DNA of 64,000 nucleotides from Thermodesulfovibrionia bacterium (lineage in GTDB: Bacteria > Nitrospirota > Thermodesulfovibrionia > UBA6902). Each line of letters opens with the position of its first letter. The stretch's first letter is position 1. Below the pieces are notes generated by a model. That model worked only from the letters and a program-made list of their open reading frames with translations. It was not told where the DNA came from and did not search any database. Position numbers and translations under genes: made by a program. The stretch is taken from the NCBI GenBank assembly GCA_947259645.1, contig CAMYND010000012.1:20793-84792 (forward strand). The letters run 5' to 3'. This document shows, piece after piece, positions 9,980 to 18,334 of the stretch.

Positions 9980-10309
9980 ATGGGGATTATAGAATATGGA
10001 GACGTAAAAATTGAACTTGACGATGAAGGATATCTGAAGAATTTTGATGACTGGAACGAAAAAATGGCCTGCGGTCTTGCGGAACATGCTGGTGTTGATG
10101 AGCTGTCCAAGGAGAGAATGGAAGTGATAAAGTTCATGAGGGACTACTACAGGCAGTATAGTGCTTTCCCGATTCTAAACTCAGTCTGTCGGAATATTCA
10201 TCAGCCGAAAGATTGTGTCAATGAAGATTTTGTTGACCCGGTGGTTGCCTGGAAAATTGCGGGACTGCCAAAACCCTCAGAGGAAGTCATATCATATCTA
10301 AAGCGATGA
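9980..10309 (+). CDS. TusE/DsrC/DsvC-family protein lacking the conserved C-terminal cysteines
   Basis: 109 aa. DDEGYLKNFDDWNE... (compare TusE DTEGYLKESSQWSE), HW-like EVIKFMRDYY, and KIAGLPKP near the C-terminus (compare TusE KIAGLPKPVKCI, DsrC PKPTGCV), but the tail is PKPSEEVISYLKR with no Cys. Confidence 0.75.
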   Translation: MGIIEYGDVKIELDDEGYLKNFDDWNEKMACGLAEHAGVDELSKERMEVIKFMRDYYRQYSAFPILNSVCRNIHQPKDCVNEDFVDPVVAWKIAGLPKPSEEVISYLKR

Positions 10310-10319
10310 GAGGTGAATA

Positions 10320-10619
10320 TTGAAAAACATGTTACGGTATCCCATATATTTGACACTATTATTGTGCATGATCGCTCTACTGATCATTCCCTTTGACGGA
10401 ATGGCGGAGGGGCCGGATGAAGACAGGAGCAGTGAGAATGCTCTTTTTCAGCAGAAGTGCAGTTTATGCCACAGTATTGAGCGGCCCACATCAAAAAGAA
10501 AATCAGAAAATGGCTGGAGAGAAACGGTCATGAGAATGAAGAACGTCAATGGATGTCCACTATCTGAGGAGGAGGCAGAGCGCATTATAAGATACCTCAG
10601 TGATACACGTGGTAAATAG
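10320..10619 (+). CDS. Small secreted monoheme c-type cytochrome
   Basis: Single CxxCH heme-binding motif (QQKCSLCHS). N-terminal signal peptide YPIYLTLLLCMIALLIIPFDGMA. A distal Met ligand is plausible (VMRMKNV). TTG at 10320 or ATG at 10329 could be the start. Confidence 0.65.
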   Translation: MKNMLRYPIYLTLLLCMIALLIIPFDGMAEGPDEDRSSENALFQQKCSLCHSIERPTSKRKSENGWRETVMRMKNVNGCPLSEEEAERIIRYLSDTRGK

Positions 10620-10680
10620 AATCATCAGGAAATGACAGCTGGTCTTTCAATAAAGCTAAACAGGCAATAAGGAGTGAGCA

Positions 10681-11157
10681 ATGAAGAAAACAGCCAAACA
10701 ACCAGGGGCTGGAGCAAAAGAAAGAAAATTTATCCCGAAGGTTTCTTCAAAAAATGTACAGGCTAAACAGGACACCCGGATAACTAAGAGTAAGAATGTA
10801 TCTCAAGGGACAGATGATAAAATCTCTCCTTCAGGACAAAACAGGGCTGTTGCAGACGGACTTAAAAAACAGTACTTGAAATCAATGAAGTGCAGGGTGA
10901 CGTTTAAGCTTCCGAAAGAAGCAGCGCCTGGCGCGGACAGGGTCACGCTTGTTGGTGATTTCAATAACTGGAACCTTACGGAAGCAGAAATGAAAAAACT
11001 GAAAAGCGGAGATTTCAAACTGACCCTTGCTCTCCCCTGTGACAGAGAGTATCGATTCAAATACCTTATAGATTCGACAAAGTGGGAAAATGACTGGTGC
11101 GCCGATAAATACATTCCCAGTCCCTTTGGTGGAGAGGATTCTGTTGTTGTAGTTTGA
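10681..11157 (+). CDS. Protein with a lysine-rich disordered N-terminus and a CBM48/AMPK-beta-like (E-set) domain
   Basis: 158 aa. C-terminal domain VTLVGDFNNWNLTEAEMKKLKSGDFKLTLALPCDREYRFKYLIDSTKWENDW carries the GDFNNW ... YxFKYxVDGxW signature of isoamylase-N/AMPK1_CBM domains. Paralog at 19770. Confidence 0.55.
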   Translation: MKKTAKQPGAGAKERKFIPKVSSKNVQAKQDTRITKSKNVSQGTDDKISPSGQNRAVADGLKKQYLKSMKCRVTFKLPKEAAPGADRVTLVGDFNNWNLTEAEMKKLKSGDFKLTLALPCDREYRFKYLIDSTKWENDWCADKYIPSPFGGEDSVVVV

Positions 11158-11273
11158 ATAAAAGCAGGCTAATTATCTTTTGCTGAATTTGATAAAAACG
11201 TAATTCACCATGATGAGAACAGCGGACAGGATAGTGGACAGAGTTGCAATCAGGAGAGCGCGTTAAAGAAAAG

Positions 11274-13253
11274 ATGAACAGACTTGCCAACGAAAAGTCA
11301 GCCTACCTTCAACATTCATCGAAACAAAAAATTGACTGGTATCCCTGGTCGGAAGAGGCCTTTGAACGCTCCAGGAATGAGGACAAACCCCTGTTTTTGA
11401 GCTCGGGTGCGGTCTGGTGCCACTGGTGTCATGTTATGGCAAAGGAGTGCTTCTTCGATGACGAGATAGCACGGCTGTTAAATGAGAACTTCATAAGCAT
11501 TAAACTTGACAGGGATGAACGACCGTCCATAGACCGGAGATATCAGATGGCAGTTTCAGCCATGGGGTCCGGTGGAGGATGGCCCTTATCTGTTTTTTTA
11601 ACCTCTGACAAGAAACCATTTTACGGAGGCACCTACTTTCCCCCTGAGGACAAAATGGGACGGCCCGGGCTCAAGAAGGTCTTAAGGGCTGTCAACGACC
11701 TTTACCGGAACAAGAGAGAGGAAGTAGCTGAGTATTCTGATAAAGTGATCACCACCATAAAAGTTCAGGCTGAAGGTCATGGAGATATTGAAGAGAAACA
11801 GCTCGATTCAGCTGTAACAACAATGTTATCAGAATATGATTCAGAGAACGGAGGTTTTGGAACTGCCCCCAAATTTCCGATGCCAGGTGCCCTGGAGTTC
11901 TTGTTAAACAGGTATTCTCTTACACAGGACAGTTCCATCGGTCATTGTGTAGAAAAAACACTGAAGGCGATGGCAGCCGGCGGTATGTATGACCACGTCG
12001 GAGGAGGTTTTCACCGGTACTCAACTGACGAGTCCTGGATTATTCCACATTTTGAAAAAATGGCAGAGGACAATGCCTGGCTTTTGCGTAATTACCTCAA
12101 TGCTTCATTAATATTCAATGACAGACAGTTTAAGGATACTGCCCTGGGAATTCTCAGTTTTACCATCAATGTACTGTCTGACCCTGAAGGGGGATTTTAC
12201 ATGAGTCAGGATGCTGATGTAACGCCTGACGATGAAGGAGGATATTTCACATGGACAGACCAGGATTTTAAACGAGTACTGAATGAAGAGGAATATGCTG
12301 TCCTGTCTCAACATCTTCTCAGTGACAACGGTTGCATGCATCATGACAAAAGCAAGAAAGTCCTGTTTATTGTGAAAAACAGGCCCCAGCTATCAGAAAT
12401 CACCGGAAGCAGTGAGGATGACCTGTCGAAGATAATTGAATCGGGAAGAGCGAAACTGCTCATGGAGCGCAACAAAAGGGAAACACCCTATATAGACAAG
12501 ACGTTATATACATCAATTAACGGCATGTACATTTCAGCCTTTTTTCTCGCTTACCGGTATCTTGACGATCCCGGGTTGAGAGATTTTGCGGTAAAAAGCC
12601 TGGATAAGATAATGAAGTTAAACTATATTAATAAGGAACTTTATCATACAGAGAATGTTAAGGCCTTGCTGGATGATTATGTTTACCTGGCAGATGCCCT
12701 TGTGTCGGCATATGAGGCAACAGGTTCGGATTCTTATGTTGCTCAGGCTGAGGAGCTTATACAGCTGTGCATGAACAGATTCCTGGACAAAGATAACGGG
12801 GGTTTTTATGACAGCGATGATCATATGCTCGGTGTGAAAATAAAAGGGATACAGGATATCCCCCATCCGTCATCCAATGCACTTGTTGTAATGCTGCTGC
12901 TCAGGTTGCACAGCATAACAGGAAACAGTATCTATCATGACCATGCAAAAAAAACACTGCAGGCCTTTTCATTGATTGCAGAGGACCTGGGTATTCACGC
13001 GGGATACTATTACAGTGCCCTTGATGCATACAGCAATACAATAAAGCTTGAAGTCTGCGCGTCTCCGGACAGTGATTTGACGAGTACTGCAAGGTCTGCA
13101 TTTGCGCCATATCTGAATATTCGCTATGGGGAAGACAATGGCTACGTTACTGCCTGTTATAAAGAAACGTGCGGAGCTCCATTTCACGATGGAAAAAGCC
13201 TGGGACAGTACCTGAGGAGCGGAAAATACCTTGATTCACCAGTCAAGCATTAA
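11274..13253 (+). CDS. Thioredoxin-domain protein YyaL/DUF255 (SPATA20-like: thioredoxin fold plus six-hairpin glycosidase-like domain)
   Basis: MNRLANEKSAYLQHSSKQKIDWYPWSEEAFERSRNEDKPLFLSSGAVWCHWCHVMAKECF is the hallmark N-terminus of DUF255, including the CxxC motif. Start moved to the Met of MNRLA (ORF-track start 11244). Confidence 0.85.
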   Translation: MNRLANEKSAYLQHSSKQKIDWYPWSEEAFERSRNEDKPLFLSSGAVWCHWCHVMAKECFFDDEIARLLNENFISIKLDRDERPSIDRRYQMAVSAMGSGGGWPLSVFLTSDKKPFYGGTYFPPEDKMGRPGLKKVLRAVNDLYRNKREEVAEYSDKVITTIKVQAEGHGDIEEKQLDSAVTTMLSEYDSENGGFGTAPKFPMPGALEFLLNRYSLTQDSSIGHCVEKTLKAMAAGGMYDHVGGGFHRYSTDESWIIPHFEKMAEDNAWLLRNYLNASLIFNDRQFKDTALGILSFTINVLSDPEGGFYMSQDADVTPDDEGGYFTWTDQDFKRVLNEEEYAVLSQHLLSDNGCMHHDKSKKVLFIVKNRPQLSEITGSSEDDLSKIIESGRAKLLMERNKRETPYIDKTLYTSINGMYISAFFLAYRYLDDPGLRDFAVKSLDKIMKLNYINKELYHTENVKALLDDYVYLADALVSAYEATGSDSYVAQAEELIQLCMNRFLDKDNGGFYDSDDHMLGVKIKGIQDIPHPSSNALVVMLLLRLHSITGNSIYHDHAKKTLQAFSLIAEDLGIHAGYYYSALDAYSNTIKLEVCASPDSDLTSTARSAFAPYLNIRYGEDNGYVTACYKETCGAPFHDGKSLGQYLRSGKYLDSPVKH

Positions 13254-13277
13254 CACCAATTTGATACAGGAGGAGTA

Positions 13278-13742
13278 ATGAGCAACTATTCTATTCGTGA
13301 AATCATAGAGCAGGCGATTCAGACAGAGAAGATGGGCTACACGTTTTATACGTCAATGGCTGATAGATTCAAGGATAATATTAAGGTCAAAGAGTTATTT
13401 GATCTGCTTGCCGGTGAGGAACTGAAGCATGAAAAAACCTTTACTGAACTTGAAGGCAGACTTGCTGATGAGCAGCTTGAAAACTGGGACGAAGCTTCTC
13501 AGTATATGAAAGCGATTGTCGAGTCCGAGTTTTTTCTCGGAAGCAAAAAAACCTTGCCTGCAACGGCAGATTTTAAAGATGCCCGTGAGGTAGTTCAGTA
13601 TGCGATGAGCTTTGAAAAAGATACGTTGTTATACTTTCAGGGCTTGAAGGAATCAGTAAAGGACAGTGACTTTATCAAAGAAATTATCAATGAAGAGAAG
13701 AGTCACATCTTAAAGCTCCATGAATTAAAGAACAGCCTTTGA
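13278..13742 (+). CDS. Rubrerythrin-family ferritin-like protein (third copy)
   Basis: 154 aa with EKMGYTFYTSMAD ... EELKHEKTF and EKDTLLYFQGL ... EEKSHILKL ExxH motifs. RBS aggagg. Confidence 0.65.
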   Translation: MSNYSIREIIEQAIQTEKMGYTFYTSMADRFKDNIKVKELFDLLAGEELKHEKTFTELEGRLADEQLENWDEASQYMKAIVESEFFLGSKKTLPATADFKDAREVVQYAMSFEKDTLLYFQGLKESVKDSDFIKEIINEEKSHILKLHELKNSL

Positions 13743-13790
13743 GATGATTTTGACTTCTTGATGTACCTCGTGCGGGAAGGACTTAATTAT

Positions 13791-15524
13791 ATGGACTATA
13801 CGATCAAAGTCGGCGGTGAAGCAGGGCAGGGTATTCAGACTATTGGCGGGACGCTCGCGAGACTCTTCGCGCGGGCCGGTTATCATGTATTTACGCATCA
13901 GGACTATGAGTCACGTGTAAGAGGGGGGCACAATTTTTATCAGGTCAGGTTTTCTGATAAACCTGTTATTGCCTCACGGATCAAAATCGATATTCTGGTT
14001 GCTTTGGACAGGGAAAGCATTGACCGCTATGAAGGTGACCTTTCTGATGAGGGACGCATAGTATATGACTCATCTTCTTTGAAGCAGAAATTCGACAAAC
14101 CTGCCTTTCTGGACATACCGTTCAGCACACTGGCGGTTGAGCAGGGCGGCAGCAAAATTATGTCTAATATTGTCGCGGTAGGGGCTGTCCTCGGTATGCT
14201 CGGGATGGACCTTGATCTGTTGAACAGTATTATTCAGGATGCCTTTAAAAAGAAAAAGGATGATATTGTCACGGGAAATATTAAAGCCGCGAAGGCCGGG
14301 CATGATTATGCTGAAACTGCCTGTGAATCCTGTTCTTATTCTGTGTCCGGCCACAGGGGCAATGATCAGCCAAAAATGCTGATCGCGGGAAATGAGGCTA
14401 TAGGGTTTGGGGCGGTAGCTTCTGGGCTGAAATTTTATTCTGCCTATCCGATGACACCATCTACCGGAATCATGAACTATATCGCAGGCAAGGAAGAAGA
14501 ATTTGGGATCATTGTTGAGCAGGCCGAGGATGAGATCGCTGCTGTAAATATGGCCCTGGGCGCCTCTTTTGCCGGGGTGAGGGCGATGACCGGTACGTCA
14601 GGCGGTGGATTTGCGCTCATGACTGAAGGCTTGTCTCTGGCTGGTATAACAGAGACCCCCGTTGTTATTGCCCTTGCTCAAAGGCCCGGGCCGGCAACGG
14701 GACTGCCTACCCGGACAGAACAGGGGGACCTTCAGTTTGCACTTCATGCCGGACATGGTGAATTTCCCCGCGTTATATTTGCTCCGGGAACACCGGAAGA
14801 GGCCTTTTATCTGACCAACAAGGCCTTTGAACTAACGGAGAAATATCAGGTTCCGGTCATTATCATGACAGACCAGTATCTGGCAGATTCCCAATGGACC
14901 TATGATAAATTTGATTTAACCAAAGTAGCGTACACTGATTACCGTCTTAGTGGTGAGAAACTCAGGAACATGACTGAATATAAACGATATGCCTATACGG
15001 AAACAGGCATTACCCCTCTGGCAATTCCCGGAGAATCTGAGCACCTGGTAGTCGCTGACAGTGATGAACACGATGAGGAAGGACATATCATAGAGGATGG
15101 AGAAACCAGGGTATCCATGATGAAGAAAAGATTATTTAATAAGTTACCCCATATCAGGCGGGAGATAGCCCCTCCGCTTTACTATGGCAGTGAAGACGCA
15201 GATATTGTTTTAACAGGCTGGGGATCGACCTATGGCGTACTAAAAGAGACCGTTGATCTTCTCTCAGGGAGCCAGAGTATCGCCATGCTTCATTTCAGTG
15301 AACTATACCCCATGCCCCTGACTGATAAGATGGACTATGTAAGCATTTTGAAGAAAGCCGGACGTACGGTTTGTATAGAAAATAACGCTACCGGACAGTT
15401 TGCCAGACTTCTTCGCGCAGAGACCGGCGTTGAGTTTAGCTCAGGAATAAATAAATATGACGGCAGACCCTTTACCGTAGATGAACTGACAGGAGAATTG
15501 AATGCCCTCTTTACAGGACTATAA
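13791..15524 (+). CDS. korA: 2-oxoacid:ferredoxin oxidoreductase alpha subunit (fused gamma-alpha, KorA/OFOR two-subunit type)
   Basis: N-terminal gamma-like domain (MDYTIKVGGEAGQGIQTIGGTLARLFARAGYHVF) followed by the alpha domain (IAGNEAIGFGAVASGLKFYSAYPMTPSTGIM...). Start chosen at the Met of MDYTIKVGG after RBS gggaagga (ORF-track start 13758). Confidence 0.85.
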   Translation: MDYTIKVGGEAGQGIQTIGGTLARLFARAGYHVFTHQDYESRVRGGHNFYQVRFSDKPVIASRIKIDILVALDRESIDRYEGDLSDEGRIVYDSSSLKQKFDKPAFLDIPFSTLAVEQGGSKIMSNIVAVGAVLGMLGMDLDLLNSIIQDAFKKKKDDIVTGNIKAAKAGHDYAETACESCSYSVSGHRGNDQPKMLIAGNEAIGFGAVASGLKFYSAYPMTPSTGIMNYIAGKEEEFGIIVEQAEDEIAAVNMALGASFAGVRAMTGTSGGGFALMTEGLSLAGITETPVVIALAQRPGPATGLPTRTEQGDLQFALHAGHGEFPRVIFAPGTPEEAFYLTNKAFELTEKYQVPVIIMTDQYLADSQWTYDKFDLTKVAYTDYRLSGEKLRNMTEYKRYAYTETGITPLAIPGESEHLVVADSDEHDEEGHIIEDGETRVSMMKKRLFNKLPHIRREIAPPLYYGSEDADIVLTGWGSTYGVLKETVDLLSGSQSIAMLHFSELYPMPLTDKMDYVSILKKAGRTVCIENNATGQFARLLRAETGVEFSSGINKYDGRPFTVDELTGELNALFTGL

Positions 15525-16353
15525 AGGACAGGATCCGGCGTGGTGCCCGGGATGCGGTAATTTTGGAATACTGAATACATTCAGGGATGCAATGGTTGAA
15601 CTGGATATGAATCCCCATCAGTTTACGGTTGTCTCCGGTATTGGACAGGCTGCCAAATTTCCCCATTATATAAAATGCAACACCTTCAATGGCCTTCACG
15701 GGAGGGCACTTCCGGTAGCCACCGGTATTCGACTGGCAAACCATGAACAACCGGTCATGGTATTCACCGGTGATGGAGACTGTTACGGTGAGGGAGGTAA
15801 TCATTTCATCCACACCATGAGAAGGAACATTAATGTGAAGCTTTTTGTCCATGATAATCAGATCTACGGCCTAACAAAGGGCCAGGCATCACCAACCAGC
15901 ATGGAAGGCATGAAAACCAAAAACCAGCCCTTTGGTGTTTTCTCGGAGCAGATGAGTCCGATGGCTCTTGCAGTGGCAATGGACTGCAGTTTTGTCGCAC
16001 GGACATTCGCTGCTGACAGTGAGCATCTCAAGGCAATGATCAAGGCTGCTCTCAACCATAATGGTTTTACCCTGGTAGACATATTGCAACCCTGTGTCAC
16101 CTTTAATAAAATAAACACATTTCAATGGTACAAAGAGAGAGTTTATCATATCGAACCTGACTATGATCCTGAAAACAGGGTTCAGGCTTTTCAACGGGCA
16201 CTGGAGTGGGGTGACCGGATACCGCTCGGAATCCTCTACAAAAACAACCGGCCAGCACTTGAGGATAGAATACCGATAATATCAAATAAGAGTCTGTTAA
16301 AACAGCAGCTTAACCCCTTGAAGCTCGAAGAAACTTTAAGGGAATTTTACTAA
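15502..16353 (+). CDS. korB: 2-oxoacid:ferredoxin oxidoreductase beta subunit (TPP-binding)
   Basis: 283 aa. WCPGCGNFGIL N-terminus plus the GDGD TPP-binding motif (VFTGDGDCYGEGGNHFIH). Overlaps korA by 23 nt (translational coupling). Confidence 0.85.
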   Translation: MPSLQDYKGQDPAWCPGCGNFGILNTFRDAMVELDMNPHQFTVVSGIGQAAKFPHYIKCNTFNGLHGRALPVATGIRLANHEQPVMVFTGDGDCYGEGGNHFIHTMRRNINVKLFVHDNQIYGLTKGQASPTSMEGMKTKNQPFGVFSEQMSPMALAVAMDCSFVARTFAADSEHLKAMIKAALNHNGFTLVDILQPCVTFNKINTFQWYKERVYHIEPDYDPENRVQAFQRALEWGDRIPLGILYKNNRPALEDRIPIISNKSLLKQQLNPLKLEETLREFY

Positions 16354-16374
16354 TCCCCAAAAGGAGGTAGTTAA

Positions 16375-16704
16375 ATGGCAACAAAAAAGAAGGCAGCTGG
16401 AAAGAAGAAAACAGTCGCCAAGAAGAAAACAGCCGCGAAAAGGAAAACAGCTGCGAAGAGGAAAACAGCACCAAAAAAGAAGGCCTATGTCTGTTCTACC
16501 TGCGGAGCAGGCACATCATCAAAGGGGCATCTCTGCACACCGGTAGTTGCTGACGAGGCATATTCCTGTGATTACTGCGGGAAGGTGGTTGGAGATCCCA
16601 GACATGTATGCAAGCCAAAGGCCGCAAAGATCTCTTATGTCTGCGGCGGATGCGGAAGAACAGCAGCAAAGTCAACAGAAGTATGTATGCCTAAAAAGAT
16701 ATAA
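16375..16704 (+). CDS. Small protein with a histone-H1-like lysine/alanine-rich N-terminal tail and three tandem Y-x-C-x2-C-G-x7-8-C-x-P cysteine repeats
   Basis: 109 aa: MATKKKAAGKKKTVAKKKTAAKRKTAAKRKTAPKKK + YVCSTCGAGTSSKGHLCTP / YSCDYCGKVVGDPRHVCKP / YVCGGCGRTAAKSTEVCMP. Strong RBS aaaaggaggt. Confidence 0.5.
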   Translation: MATKKKAAGKKKTVAKKKTAAKRKTAAKRKTAPKKKAYVCSTCGAGTSSKGHLCTPVVADEAYSCDYCGKVVGDPRHVCKPKAAKISYVCGGCGRTAAKSTEVCMPKKI

Positions 16705-16733
16705 GGGACTGTAAGCTTCTCTGCACTGCCGCT

Positions 16734-16774
16734 TGACCTCTTTTCAGGAAAAGCGGCAGTGCATATACCTCCGC
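16734..16774. terminator. Perfect 13-bp inverted repeat hairpin downstream of the Cys-repeat gene (possible terminator; no U-tract)
   Basis: tgcactgccgctt-(15 nt loop)-aagcggcagtgca. Confidence 0.25.
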
Positions 16775-16946
16775 GATATCACTGTCGTATCCGGGTACAC
16801 GGGATATTCAGGTATGTTCAACGCAACCATTAATTGATGCTACTCAATCTGTTCCTGATCCTGGTGGGTATAATTATTTGCCCGGCATGATAAATTAAGA
16901 TATACTAGGGCATAAAATTAGACTTGAAAAGGAATGAGTCAGTAGA

Positions 16947-17135
16947 ATGAATGAAATCATTAACAGTATTACGAATTACGCCCAGTCAAATACTGGAGCT
17001 GCTGTGGCAGCTGGATTTCTTATGCTTGTTCTTCTGATCCGGCGAACCAAACTGTTTTTTATTCTGCTTGCCATAGCGATTGCCGGGGTAGGGATAATGA
17101 AAATCTTTGATAAAATTTCTGCTACGGGGTTATGA
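16947..17135 (+). CDS. Small hypothetical membrane protein (62 aa, two predicted TM helices)
   Basis: MNEIINSITNYAQSNTGAAVAAGFLMLVLLIRRTKLFFILLAIAIAGVGIMKIF... is hydrophobic. An RBS-like aaaaggaatgag lies upstream. Confidence 0.3.
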   Translation: MNEIINSITNYAQSNTGAAVAAGFLMLVLLIRRTKLFFILLAIAIAGVGIMKIFDKISATGL

Positions 17136-17181
17136 AGCAATATATGATATTCACATTAATGTGCGCTGACAGGAGCGAAGG

Positions 17182-18057
17182 ATGATACAAAAGATAACCG
17201 ATATATTTGAGAAAAAAAAGAGAACCTTTTCATTTGAGTTTTTTCCGCCCAAGACCCGGAAGGGAATAGAGAACCTGTACAGGACAGCTGAAGAACTGAA
17301 CAAGCTGGGACCGGATTTTGTGTCAGTAACCTACGGAGCAGGTGGATCATCACGGGGAACGACCATGGAAATCTGTGTTGAGCTGCAAAAGCGATTTGAT
17401 ATTTCTGTTATACATCATCTCACCTGTGTGGGACACAGCCAGGATGATCTGAAAGGCATTCTCGACACGCTGAAAACCAATGAAATAAAAAATGTCCTGG
17501 CATTAAGAGGTGACCCGCCAAAAGGAGTTGAAGACTGGCAGCCGTCGCCTGATGGTTTTGAATACTGCTATCAGTTAAATGATCTCATACTCAGCAGGTA
17601 TGAAGACTTTTTCAGTATCGGTGTTGCCGGTTTTCCTGAAGGGCATATAAACTGCCCGGATAAAGATACAGACACAAAGTATCTGAAAATAAAGATGGAC
17701 CATGGCGGTGAATTTATTGTTACGCAGCTTTTCTTTGATAATACTATTTACTCGGAATACCTTGACAGGCTGAGCAGGGCAGGGGTAACAGCCCGTGTTC
17801 TGCCGGGGATCCTCCCGATCACAAGCTACGACGGTCTGATTAAATTCTGCAATATGTGCGGTGCAACGGTTCCGGATGAAGTACATAAGATATTTAAGCC
17901 CCTGAGCGGTGATGATGAGGCAACATACAAGGCAGGTGTTGACTTTGCTGTAAGGCAGTGTAAGGACCTTCTTGAGCGGGGTGCTCCGGGCATACATTTC
18001 TTTTCGCTGAACAAGGTAGAACCAGCAACAGAAATATGGAACAAACTGGGGCTTTAG
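17182..18057 (+). CDS. metF: Methylenetetrahydrofolate reductase
   Basis: 291 aa. SFEFFPPKT ... VSVTYGAGGSSRGTT ... HLTCVG motifs are characteristic of MetF. Confidence 0.9.
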   Translation: MIQKITDIFEKKKRTFSFEFFPPKTRKGIENLYRTAEELNKLGPDFVSVTYGAGGSSRGTTMEICVELQKRFDISVIHHLTCVGHSQDDLKGILDTLKTNEIKNVLALRGDPPKGVEDWQPSPDGFEYCYQLNDLILSRYEDFFSIGVAGFPEGHINCPDKDTDTKYLKIKMDHGGEFIVTQLFFDNTIYSEYLDRLSRAGVTARVLPGILPITSYDGLIKFCNMCGATVPDEVHKIFKPLSGDDEATYKAGVDFAVRQCKDLLERGAPGIHFFSLNKVEPATEIWNKLGL

Positions 18058-18334
18058 GCAAAGGGTCTGCGGGATTGGCCCTGTCCTGTTATCAATGTTT
18101 TGCAATGACCTCTTCAAGGCTCATGAAACATATCTATTCTTCATCACTAAAAGGTGACCTTGTCAACTGTGTTCAATCATCTGTGTTCAATTATCTGAAA
18201 TGAGCATAATTTTATCAAAATAGGGATAATCCCTTGCCTCATCTGATCAAAAGGGATAAAATAACGTCTGGTAAAAATGAACCCTGCTCTTCATGACCTG
18301 TTCTCATGTCATGATTCACGACGACGTATAATTA

